Below, one piece after another: positions 27,462-36,293 of a stretch of DNA of 64,000 nt (its first letter is position 1; every line of letters begins with the position of its first letter). The stretch is from Escherichia phage EF202P1, in the sequence record OP172796.1; one strand, given 5' to 3'. The notes beneath the pieces were generated by a model, which saw only the letters and a list, made by a program, of their open reading frames with translations, did not search any database and was not told the origin of the DNA. Both the position numbers and the translations under genes were made by a program.

Positions 27462-27884
27462 ATGCAGAAAATGTTTGTTCACCCAGACATAGCTGACTTT
27501 GTTAGAGCTTTGCAGAAGTTGGAAGAACTTGACATTGCTGCTCAACGGGAATATGCTCACCATCACAGGAGAATGGTTGATATACAACATGAAATAGAGT
27601 TGTCTGAAAACTATGAAGATGACTTAAAATGCTCTGTATTTGAGCATATGAAAGATGTTGCTACAGCGAGACGTAAAGCTAAAGATACAGTTGCTTTACT
27701 AGATTCTCTTAAAAAGAGGTTGCAAAGTGGTACAGACCTGTGTAATCTAGCATCACTGATTAACGATGTTGAAACTTCTTGGGATAGACATTACTATCCA
27801 CGTTCTGAAAAGACACTTGACTTTTCTTCGTCAGAAAACTTAAAATGTTCTAGAAAGAAACTTAACCAACTGAGAGAGAAATAA
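27462..27884 (+). CDS. hypothetical early protein
   Basis: First + strand ORF after divergent AT-rich promoter region. Confidence 0.4.
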   Translation: MQKMFVHPDIADFVRALQKLEELDIAAQREYAHHHRRMVDIQHEIELSENYEDDLKCSVFEHMKDVATARRKAKDTVALLDSLKKRLQSGTDLCNLASLINDVETSWDRHYYPRSEKTLDFSSSENLKCSRKKLNQLREK

Positions 27885-27885
27885 T

Positions 27886-28698
27886 ATGAATATCGATGTA
27901 GAAAAGATGCTTGAAGAAAAAGGTGTTGACGAAGCGTTCTTAATCAATGCCGTAGAAAGCATGGCTATGATTCTTCGTGGCAACAACTACACAGAACAGT
28001 TTATGCCTGCAAGCTATAACTTGCCTGAAGACAAGTCTGATAACGGTGCTTTTGCAGAACAGGTTAATATGATGCTGTGTGACAAAAAGCTTGCCTTAGC
28101 ATCTATTGTTGTAGGTGTTGATGCTCTTGCAGAGTTCATTTTTTATGAGATGCAGAAAAATGACTATATTGCCATGACACCTGAAGAAAAAGACTCACTA
28201 CTACTCTTAGATAATAATGAGCTAGTTGACCTGTTAATTTCGTCAACGAGTGCTGTTATGGCTGCTCTTGAGAAGCGAATGGAAGAGAATCTGTCACGAT
28301 ATGAAAAACTTGATTGGGGTGTAGAAGAGTTAAACCCACGAATCAAAGAGATTATCCAGCAAACTAAAGACTCTTTAGCAGAAGCTGTGAAAGATGACTC
28401 TGTAGCTGATGTAGAACCACTACAGGTGAAGGTTGCTCTGATGATTCCCGCTATCTCTACAATGATGAATATCGTTGCACTAATCCAACTTTCTCAGATG
28501 TTGGGTGTAACCATTGAGTTTGTTGAGGAGATGACTGGTGGTGTCAGTATGCAAGCAATCAATGATGTTTTGGTAAACATTGGTGCTTCAATCATTGAAG
28601 AGAAGCTGCGTATTAACTTCGGTGATGATTTTGTGAAGCAAATCTCAGCTATGGCTGAAAAAGAGCATTCACAGATTACCAGTGACCAACTGCACTAA
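27886..28698 (+). CDS. hypothetical acidic protein
   Basis: 270 aa; terminator follows. Confidence 0.4.
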   Translation: MNIDVEKMLEEKGVDEAFLINAVESMAMILRGNNYTEQFMPASYNLPEDKSDNGAFAEQVNMMLCDKKLALASIVVGVDALAEFIFYEMQKNDYIAMTPEEKDSLLLLDNNELVDLLISSTSAVMAALEKRMEENLSRYEKLDWGVEELNPRIKEIIQQTKDSLAEAVKDDSVADVEPLQVKVALMIPAISTMMNIVALIQLSQMLGVTIEFVEEMTGGVSMQAINDVLVNIGASIIEEKLRINFGDDFVKQISAMAEKEHSQITSDQLH

Positions 28699-28716
28699 GT
28701 CTTTATAAATCTTACA

Positions 28717-28741
28717 AGCCTCCTTAGTTGGGGGCTTTTTA
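28717..28741 (+). terminator. intrinsic terminator
   Basis: AGCCTCC-loop-GGGGGCT then TTTTT. Confidence 0.6.
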
Positions 28742-28759
28742 GTAATTAAGGGAGACAAA

Positions 28760-29503
28760 ATGAGTAATATTATTGCATTTACTGGAAAGGCACGTTCTGG
28801 AAAAGATACCTCATGCTCTATTGTTAAGAATATCCTAGAAGATGAGTATGGCTACAATGTTGCAGTAATGGCCTATGCAGACAATCTTAAGCTATCTGCA
28901 TCAAAGATATTTGACTTGACATGGAATGACCTGTACGGCGAAACTAAAGAGACTCCACAGGTTTTTGATTTATCATACTCTGAACTTATGGGTAAAGTTA
29001 CGGAAGCTATGGAGTTCACCTTCAGAGATGAACGTTACCATATGGACTTTAAGCTTATGTCGGAGTTAACCGGACGATTAATCATGGAACTTAAGAAGGT
29101 TGCCAAGCCAACTCTATTGACACGTCTGGGATTTAGTAAGAAGTATAAATTCTCATCAAGACAAATTCAACAGATTTGGGGCACTGAAGTAATCCGTAAA
29201 GTTATGGGTGACAAATTCTGGGCTAAAGACCTTGAAAAACGAATGGCTCGCTTCTTTGAATCTTGTTCACTTATGAATCAAGAGGGTGTTGTTTTAATCA
29301 GTGACTTAAGGTTTGACTCTGAAGCTGAGTGGCTGAGTAGATTTGCACACCAGATTATTGAAGTAAAAAGAGACAATGTGGACAAGGTTTCATCACATGT
29401 TTCAGAAAATGGAATTTCTACCAAATATGCGCGTGACATTATCCATAATAATGGTACTCTTGCAGACCTTGAAAGCAAGCTAAGAGCTATCCTGAAAATT
29501 TAA
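28760..29503 (+). CDS. deoxynucleoside monophosphate kinase (T4 gp1-like)
   Basis: P-loop FTGKARSGKDT and further blocks resembling T4 gene 1 dNMP kinase (from memory). Confidence 0.75.
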   Translation: MSNIIAFTGKARSGKDTSCSIVKNILEDEYGYNVAVMAYADNLKLSASKIFDLTWNDLYGETKETPQVFDLSYSELMGKVTEAMEFTFRDERYHMDFKLMSELTGRLIMELKKVAKPTLLTRLGFSKKYKFSSRQIQQIWGTEVIRKVMGDKFWAKDLEKRMARFFESCSLMNQEGVVLISDLRFDSEAEWLSRFAHQIIEVKRDNVDKVSSHVSENGISTKYARDIIHNNGTLADLESKLRAILKI

Positions 29504-29511
29504 AAGAGAGA

Positions 29512-29712
29512 ATGAAGATGAGAGTAAAAGATAATTTCAAAGTTATTGACCATCGTTTAGTGGAACTCTCATCTCTTTCCAATGAGGTAATGATTGAACG
29601 TCTTAAGAGAGTTGAATCACGAAGGAAAGAGATTGCAGATGAGATTCATGAACTGGACAAGATTGAAAATGGATTGAAGGCAGAACTACAACGAAGAGGT
29701 GCTAATGTCTAA
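29512..29712 (+). CDS. small coiled-coil protein
   Basis: 66 aa, overlaps start of primase-helicase. Confidence 0.3.
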   Translation: MKMRVKDNFKVIDHRLVELSSLSNEVMIERLKRVESRRKEIADEIHELDKIENGLKAELQRRGANV

Positions 29713-31690
29713 AGGTCGTAAATTGAAAGAGGCTGGTCAGTTTATTGGTCATTGTGCATGTCCACGTTGTGGTTCATCAGATGCTGGTTCAATCTACCAT
29801 CATGACGATGATTCTTATTCGATGACTTGCTTTAGCTGTAACAAAGGTTTCCCAGAGTGGGATTTTGATAAAGGACAAATCGTGAGCACTTATTCTACTG
29901 GTTCAGATAATAAAAACCGTACTTTCCGTGGAATGGATTTAGATGATGTAAAAGAAAACCTAGAAGCAATGGACTTGAAAGATAGGAAGATTCCTGCAAA
30001 AGTCCTTGAACGTTTAGGTATCAAGGTTGACATTGATAGTGACGGTGAAATTGATGCACATTTCTATCCGACTTACAAACGTAATGAAGATGGTAAGCTA
30101 GAACATGTTGGCTACCGTGTTCGTCACCGTTACCCAGAAGACCATCCAAAAGAACACCTACGTGGTAAGTTAAAAGACTTTTCAGGTGGTGTTGGAGACA
30201 TTAAAGGTGAACTAGCAATGTTTGGTTCATGGATTGCTCCAGAAGGTGGGAATCGTCTGTTCATCTGGGAAGGTGAGATGGAATGTGCCACAGCAATCTA
30301 CATGACTTCTTTGGCGATTAAAGATAAGTCTCGTCGTAAGAATTACTGTCACGTATCTGTTCCATCAGGCGCAAACATTAAATCTATCAAAGACAACTAT
30401 CAGTACATCACATCATTTGATGAGATTTACTTGTGCTTTGATAACGATGAAGCTGGTGCTAAAGCTACCAAAGAGGCTGCTGGTATCCTACCTATTGAGA
30501 AGGTTCGTTTATTCCAGTATCCAGAAGGTGTAAAAGACCTTAACGAATGGTGGACAAAGTTCTATAAAGAGAAAGATACAGTTCTGGAAGGATTTAAGCA
30601 GCGTATCTACAATGCACCTCGTTACTGCCCTGCTGGTATCAAGAACTTTGCAGATGGTTTTGAGGCAATGAAGAATCGTGGTCAGATTCCATTGATTCCT
30701 TTCCCAGAATCTTTCGGGGATTTGAACAGGTTGACTTATGGTGGTTACGGTTTAGGTGAGATTACAACTCTGGCAGCACCATCTTCAGTAGGTAAATCAG
30801 CATATACCCGTGAAATGATTTACACTGCTTGGAAAGAAACTGATTATAATATCGGTGTAATTCCTGTAGAAGATACCTATGAAGAGTTGATGGAGATGCT
30901 CTGTGCAATCCATCTAAGCAAGCAGATTTCTGAGATTCCTTATGATGAACGAGATTGGGATGAACTAAAGGGAGCGCACGCCGAGCTTTCAAAAGGTCGT
31001 CGCATCCATATCGTTGACCATCAAGGGGCAATTGACCAAGATAACCTGCTGGAGTTTGTTGACTATCTTGTTAATAGTTTAGACTGTAAGATTATCATTC
31101 TTGACCCTATTACGTTGGCTCTGTCACGTTCTGATACGGATGAAGAGGAAGTCTTGTCTGAACTGCTACGTCGTTGCAAACGCTACCAGTACGCACAGGT
31201 GAACGTCTGTCACGTTCGTAAGAGTGCAGGTGGTCAGAAAGCTAACTCTGAAGGTGGAGATATCTCTGAAGAGGACATTAAAGGTTCTGGTGCGTATTTC
31301 CAGATTTCCATGAACAACATTCTGTTAATGCGTAACAAGGTTGACCCAGACCCTGTTAAGAAAAACTTGACAAAAATCAAGTTAACCAAGTGTCGTCGTC
31401 ATGGTAAGTCAACAGGTATTGCTGGTCATACATGGTACAATCCAGACACAGGACGTCTTATCAAAGCTTCTGGATGTGGTGTTGACATTGATGGTGCAGC
31501 AGAAAATATTCGTCAACAGTTTGGTATTGGTGAAGCTGAAGACCATTATGACGACTCTTTACCTCATTATGAGGATGAAGTGTTTGACCGTGAGACTGGT
31601 GAAGTCTATACTGAAGAGCAACGTCAAAGCTCAACAATTCCACCTGTATTAAGTGAGGATGCAGATGACTGCCCGTTTGAAACTGAGTGA
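29699..31690 (+). CDS. DNA primase-helicase (T7 gp4-like)
   Basis: N-terminal zinc ribbon CxxC...CxxC (CACPRCGSSD, CFSC); Walker A PSSVGKS in C-terminal half. Confidence 0.85.
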   Translation: MLMSKGRKLKEAGQFIGHCACPRCGSSDAGSIYHHDDDSYSMTCFSCNKGFPEWDFDKGQIVSTYSTGSDNKNRTFRGMDLDDVKENLEAMDLKDRKIPAKVLERLGIKVDIDSDGEIDAHFYPTYKRNEDGKLEHVGYRVRHRYPEDHPKEHLRGKLKDFSGGVGDIKGELAMFGSWIAPEGGNRLFIWEGEMECATAIYMTSLAIKDKSRRKNYCHVSVPSGANIKSIKDNYQYITSFDEIYLCFDNDEAGAKATKEAAGILPIEKVRLFQYPEGVKDLNEWWTKFYKEKDTVLEGFKQRIYNAPRYCPAGIKNFADGFEAMKNRGQIPLIPFPESFGDLNRLTYGGYGLGEITTLAAPSSVGKSAYTREMIYTAWKETDYNIGVIPVEDTYEELMEMLCAIHLSKQISEIPYDERDWDELKGAHAELSKGRRIHIVDHQGAIDQDNLLEFVDYLVNSLDCKIIILDPITLALSRSDTDEEEVLSELLRRCKRYQYAQVNVCHVRKSAGGQKANSEGGDISEEDIKGSGAYFQISMNNILLMRNKVDPDPVKKNLTKIKLTKCRRHGKSTGIAGHTWYNPDTGRLIKASGCGVDIDGAAENIRQQFGIGEAEDHYDDSLPHYEDEVFDRETGEVYTEEQRQSSTIPPVLSEDADDCPFETE

Positions 31691-31946
31691 TAGTTATAAA
31701 AGAGAGGGGTTCATACCCTTCTTTGAAGAAAAAAGTTTAAATGAATTTCAGGAAGAGTGTTTGACAAAGGTTGATAGGTTCTATAGAATGCTCTACATGA
31801 AATGCGATGGGGAGGTTGCCATAAAAGAAGATTCCTACCAAAGCACGATTACAGTCATCATTACACTGCCTCAGCATAATATTAGTTGGCTGTTTATAAT
31901 TAAAGAAAATGTGTTTGAATATCAAGTATATCGGAGAATATTATGA
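31659..31946 (+). CDS. hypothetical protein
   Basis: Overlaps 3' end of primase-helicase; start uncertain. Confidence 0.25.
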   Translation: MQMTARLKLSDSYKREGFIPFFEEKSLNEFQEECLTKVDRFYRMLYMKCDGEVAIKEDSYQSTITVIITLPQHNISWLFIIKENVFEYQVYRRIL

Positions 31947-32099
31947 AACACTCTAAAGCATTTGAAAAAGTTTTTGGGGATTCCTTAAAAGCCACTGCTG
32001 GTAAACCAGCAAAATACTATGAAGAGAAGCGTGTAAGAACTGGAAAAACTGCACGTAAAGCAGCTTCTAAAGATAAGCACAACTTCCAGTAATTAATGT

Positions 32100-32128
32100 T
32101 TGACAATAGAGTATCAACAAATTAGAAT
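32100..32128 (+). promoter_or_regulatory. sigma70-like promoter TTGACA-17-TAGAAT for SSB-like gene
   Basis: Near-consensus hexamers, 17-nt spacer. Confidence 0.55.
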
Positions 32129-32164
32129 TGGTACTCTTCATAAATTGAGATAGAGGTTTAAATA

Positions 32165-33022
32165 ATGTCTAAAGTTGTTAAAATGAAAGCTCCGGTAGAG
32201 AAGTACAATGGTACTGAACGTCAAACTCTGCGTTACCTTCTGAAAGATGTTTGGTTTTATTACCTGAACACTTCACCACGTCCGGGAAAAGGTAAATCCA
32301 TTGATAAGAAATTCCCAGGCAAAGACTGTAACTACAGTGTTTCAATTCTGGCAGAAGATGGTAACAAGCTGTTTAAAGAGTTTACTAAGTCTAAGAAAAA
32401 CCCAGAAGGTTGGGATAAAGTTACTACTGAAGCAGTTGATGCAGATGACTTCGAAGAGAAGTTTGGTTGCAAACCACCATTTGAAGCAGACACTTACTAC
32501 ATCTTGAAAGTAAGTCGTGCAGCAGCTTATAAAGATGGTGCTGTGTGGACAGCTAAACAGTCATTCCCTGTAATGCTGATTGAAGAAGTAAATGGTAAGC
32601 GTGTAGCTGTTAAACAGCCGATGAAGAAAATCAAAGCTCAAGCATCTGACAAACATGAAGATGACAAGAACTATGATGTAATTCATCCAGATATTGCAGT
32701 TGGTAACGGTTCTTTTGGTAGTGTGATTCTTTCTACTCACTTCTACACTTTTGAGAACAATGTTCTGACAAAACCTATTCAGGAACAGTTTATCATTGAT
32801 ACCCTTGTACCTTACACTGGTGGTAACGGTGCTAACGGCGAACCTGAACTGGATGAAGATGAACTGGCTATGCTTGGTCTTGATGGTGTTGAAGATAACG
32901 GTGAAATCACTGAAGAAGATGCAAAAGACCACAAACCTTCGAATGATTCTGATGATGGTGACGATGAAGACTTGCCAGACCCAGATGACGAAGAAGATGA
33001 AGACTTCGATACAGAAGACTAA
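32165..33022 (+). CDS. single-stranded DNA-binding protein (acidic-tail type)
   Basis: Strongly acidic C-terminal tail (DSDDGDDEDLPDPDDEEDEDFDTED) typical of phage SSBs; own promoter and terminator. Confidence 0.5.
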   Translation: MSKVVKMKAPVEKYNGTERQTLRYLLKDVWFYYLNTSPRPGKGKSIDKKFPGKDCNYSVSILAEDGNKLFKEFTKSKKNPEGWDKVTTEAVDADDFEEKFGCKPPFEADTYYILKVSRAAAYKDGAVWTAKQSFPVMLIEEVNGKRVAVKQPMKKIKAQASDKHEDDKNYDVIHPDIAVGNGSFGSVILSTHFYTFENNVLTKPIQEQFIIDTLVPYTGGNGANGEPELDEDELAMLGLDGVEDNGEITEEDAKDHKPSNDSDDGDDEDLPDPDDEEDEDFDTED

Positions 33023-33040
33023 TCTCTAAAAGTTAATTTA

Positions 33041-33068
33041 AAGCCCTGTACTTAGTATGGGGCTTTTT
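33041..33068 (+). terminator. intrinsic terminator after SSB-like gene
   Basis: AAGCCC-loop-GGGGCTT then TTTTT. Confidence 0.6.
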
Positions 33069-33084
33069 CATATGGAGAGCCACA

Positions 33085-34125
33085 ATGGAGAAGTATACGC
33101 TAACAAAACTTCCCGATTCAGTTACACATGTCTTTATTGACTCTGATAGTATTGCCTATAAAGGTGCTTGTGTAGTTGAGAAAGCAAAATATAAGTATGT
33201 CAATAAACTCACAGCAGAAGAATCTGAACCATTTGAGAATGCAAAAGATGCTGCAAGATGGTTAGCAGACCAGAGAATCCTTGTGGAAGAACTTGGCCTG
33301 ACATTTGATGAAGATGAATGGGAAAGACAGACTTGGAAAGAAGCTAAGAGTGAAAAAGAAGCTATCATGGCTACTCAGCAGGTTCTTCAGGAATGGCTTA
33401 AGGTTGTTGGTAAAGAAAGAACTTGGGTAGGTTACTTAACAGAGAAAGGTGTACATAAACATAAAGATATTAAAGGTCTTGAGCACCAATATCAAGGTAA
33501 CCGTAAAGAGGCTGTCACACCAACACACTTAGTTGCTTGTCGTGAATATCTTCTATCAAGACCAGAGTTCAAGCTCTTAAAGGGAGGCTTCGAAGCCGAT
33601 TCCATCGTAATTGCTAAAGCTGAAAAGATGGGTAAGAAGGCTGCTCTTATGAGTATTGACAAAGACCTTCGACAAGCTGAAGGGACTTATTGTATTGATA
33701 TGACTTATGAAAAGTCACCACTAATTTTTATTGCTGATAATAATGTTGGTGATATCTGGGATTGTCCTATCAAATCAAAACCAAAAGCTGCAAAAACTGT
33801 TGGTGTAGGTTTTAAATTTTTGTGTTATCAGGCTGTTGCTGGAGATAATGCAGACAACTACTTCGGCCTTAAAGGTGCTGGCAAAGTAGCTGTGATGAAT
33901 GCTTTAGATGGTAAAGAGACCTATAAAGAGTGTCTTGACGCTATCTATGAACTCTATGCTAAAAAAGAGTCTTACACCTATGTGTCATGGGATGGACAGA
34001 CTGTCACAAAGACACCATTAGAACTAATGGAACAGCATTTCTGGATAGCATATCAAGAGAGAAATCCAAAAGATAATTTCTCTTTTAAGAAATATAATTG
34101 GGAGCCGTGTATGAATGAAGATTAA
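33085..34125 (+). CDS. 5'-3' exonuclease / flap endonuclease
   Basis: N-terminal acidic catalytic cluster (FIDSDSIAY) and helix-hairpin-helix GDNADNYFGLKGAGKVA. Confidence 0.7.
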   Translation: MEKYTLTKLPDSVTHVFIDSDSIAYKGACVVEKAKYKYVNKLTAEESEPFENAKDAARWLADQRILVEELGLTFDEDEWERQTWKEAKSEKEAIMATQQVLQEWLKVVGKERTWVGYLTEKGVHKHKDIKGLEHQYQGNRKEAVTPTHLVACREYLLSRPEFKLLKGGFEADSIVIAKAEKMGKKAALMSIDKDLRQAEGTYCIDMTYEKSPLIFIADNNVGDIWDCPIKSKPKAAKTVGVGFKFLCYQAVAGDNADNYFGLKGAGKVAVMNALDGKETYKECLDAIYELYAKKESYTYVSWDGQTVTKTPLELMEQHFWIAYQERNPKDNFSFKKYNWEPCMNED

Positions 34126-34612
34126 AGGATTTGGCAATTGTCCCACCTATGGTCATTGGGTATCTTTATGTGGGGAAGTTGACCCCACTAAACATTTTGG
34201 TTTTGTCTATTTAGTACACTGTAAGAAAACCGGACAATACTATATTGGAAAGAAACAGCTTAATAGTGTGACCAAAAGAAAAGTTGCTGGTAAGACTCGG
34301 AAGAAGGTAGTCACTAAGGAAAGTGATTGGATGACTTATGAGACTTCTTCTGAGTATATTAAAAAAGATATTGAGAGTTTTGGAAAAGAGTTTTTTGACT
34401 TTTACATTATTCAAACCTACTACACAAAAGGTGGTCTAGTTTATGGTGAAGCAAACCTTCAACATAAATTTGATGTAATGACAAAAAGGATTGACTCTAA
34501 GCTCAGACTCTTCTACAATGCCAATATTGCAGCAATTAAGTTTATTACTAAAGAAACTTATGAAGATGCTGAAAAAAGAATCCATAAGGTAATGAAAGCA
34601 AACTGTGCTTGA
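34115..34612 (+). CDS. GIY-YIG family nuclease
   Basis: FGFVYLVHCKKTGQYYIGKK matches GIY-x10-YIG motif. Confidence 0.5.
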   Translation: MKIKGFGNCPTYGHWVSLCGEVDPTKHFGFVYLVHCKKTGQYYIGKKQLNSVTKRKVAGKTRKKVVTKESDWMTYETSSEYIKKDIESFGKEFFDFYIIQTYYTKGGLVYGEANLQHKFDVMTKRIDSKLRLFYNANIAAIKFITKETYEDAEKRIHKVMKANCA

Positions 34613-34633
34613 TAACTATTGAGAGAGAATAAA

Positions 34634-34864
34634 ATGTTTAACAAAAGTAAAGCTGTGGGTCATGTAGCAAAGGTTGACAGCAAGATTGAAGAACTTGAGC
34701 GCATTCTTGCAAATGCCAGAGAGTCAATAATTAAAGAAGTTGAAGCTGTTGAGTCTCAAATGCAGCACCTAATGCTTAAACGTCAAGAGTTACGTGAGCA
34801 TCTGGAATATATTGAAACACGAGAGCTAAAAGTTAACAGATTTTTAAGGAGTCCAAATGTTTAA
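34634..34864 (+). CDS. small coiled-coil protein
   Basis: ORF with GAGAGAGAA RBS. Confidence 0.3.
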   Translation: MFNKSKAVGHVAKVDSKIEELERILANARESIIKEVEAVESQMQHLMLKRQELREHLEYIETRELKVNRFLRSPNV

Positions 34865-35612
34865 CTCAAGAGAAGCAGTAAAAAACTGGAATCTTCGTTG
34901 TGGAAACACTCAAAAGCAACCTTACAGTGATGAGTATTGGGAATCTTTAAAATCCCAGTCTCTGTGTATGCTTGAAGAAGCAAAAGAGCTTGTAAAAGCA
35001 ATTGAAGAGAAAGACCCCATTGAGACACTGGATGCTCAGGCAGATTTGCAATATGTTCTTGATGGTCTGATTTATCTGTCACAACATGACCATAATGGTG
35101 CTATGAAAGCTGTTTGCCATAATAATGACCTGAAGTACACAGATGACTATGAAGAAGCTTTAAAGCGTCTTGCAGATGTTGAGAAGCGTACTGGTCAAGA
35201 GTGTATCATCAGAATGTCAGTGGTTGATGGTAAAGAGTGGTATGCGATTGTCCGTGCAGCCGATGGGAAGATTATGAAGCAATCAAATCTCCCTAAAGTA
35301 CAGCTTGGTGAATACATTGTAGAGCTTGAAAGCCAAGAACTTTTTGTGGTAGTATCTGAGACATGCGTTATCTGCAAAGGTATTGTAGATAGCTTAAAGG
35401 ATTTGGGTGTAGATGGTTTTGTAGAAGTTAATCCAATTACCTCTAAAGCAGATAAAGATTTCTGTAAAGAGAATGGACTATGGATTGCAGATATTGTCTA
35501 CTACGATGGTGAGCAGTTCCATGTAACCTCATACCCGAAACTGAATTATGATGCTAATAACCTGAAGTGCTGGTTAAAAGGGGTTGGTTATAATGGATTC
35601 ACAGAACATTAA
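34857..35612 (+). CDS. hypothetical protein, possible MazG-like NTP pyrophosphohydrolase N-domain plus CxxC C-domain
   Basis: EEAKELVKAIEEKDPIETLDAQADLQYVLDGL region is MazG-like; CVIC motif in C-terminal half; weak. Confidence 0.3.
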   Translation: MFNSREAVKNWNLRCGNTQKQPYSDEYWESLKSQSLCMLEEAKELVKAIEEKDPIETLDAQADLQYVLDGLIYLSQHDHNGAMKAVCHNNDLKYTDDYEEALKRLADVEKRTGQECIIRMSVVDGKEWYAIVRAADGKIMKQSNLPKVQLGEYIVELESQELFVVVSETCVICKGIVDSLKDLGVDGFVEVNPITSKADKDFCKENGLWIADIVYYDGEQFHVTSYPKLNYDANNLKCWLKGVGYNGFTEH

Positions 35613-35916
35613 TAAAGAAGGTGTGGCTCAGAAGAGCCACTTCTCAAACTACAATATCTCTATGACGGTGTTTATGAATGACCCGTTACTTGAGAAGTAT
35701 GGTGAGACTCCAGATACACTTCTGGATAATGAACAAGTTTTAAAAGCAGTCCTGTATAAATACGGGATTGATATTGAGAAAGAATATTCTTTTGAAATCT
35801 GCCAACACAGAAATACTTTTGGTAAAGTTGTGATGGCTCCACTCTTCATGGGTGTAGAAAGAACTGACTATGGTTGGTTATATCTAAAAAGAAACTTGGA
35901 GAAATACCGTGTCTAA
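35593..35916 (+). CDS. hypothetical protein
   Basis: ORF, no motif. Confidence 0.3.
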   Translation: MDSQNINKEGVAQKSHFSNYNISMTVFMNDPLLEKYGETPDTLLDNEQVLKAVLYKYGIDIEKEYSFEICQHRNTFGKVVMAPLFMGVERTDYGWLYLKRNLEKYRV

Positions 35917-36247
35917 AGCAAAAAAGCTATCTTATGATGACATTATCTCAGGTGCTAAGTTAGGTGTTGACAGTATCGGACAAGATGTTAAGCACGGAGA
36001 CACAGTTATGTACTGTGATGACCGAAGAGGGAGAAGTGCAATCTTGTTTGGAAGAATTGTTTGCAAGATGCGAGGTAATTACGTTGTTGCAGACATGGAT
36101 GTGAACGTTACACAAAAACTTGAAACAATTATAGATAATAATACATCATCATGGTTCTCCCTGAATTGTATGCACACTTCTTCAGTCACAAAGGTAAGTG
36201 ATAAGTTTTACGATATGTGGCAGAATGAGCAAATTTTCAAGATTTAA
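35909..36247 (+). CDS. hypothetical protein
   Basis: ORF followed by UUCG-loop terminator. Confidence 0.4.
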   Translation: MSKAKKLSYDDIISGAKLGVDSIGQDVKHGDTVMYCDDRRGRSAILFGRIVCKMRGNYVVADMDVNVTQKLETIIDNNTSSWFSLNCMHTSSVTKVSDKFYDMWQNEQIFKI

Positions 36248-36253
36248 ACTAGG

Positions 36254-36276
36254 GAGCCTCTTCGGAGGCTCTTTTC
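36254..36276 (+). terminator. intrinsic terminator upstream of nrdA
   Basis: GAGCCTC-TTCG-GAGGCTC then TTTT. Confidence 0.7.
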
Positions 36277-36293
36277 ATCTGTAGGACTTAAAA

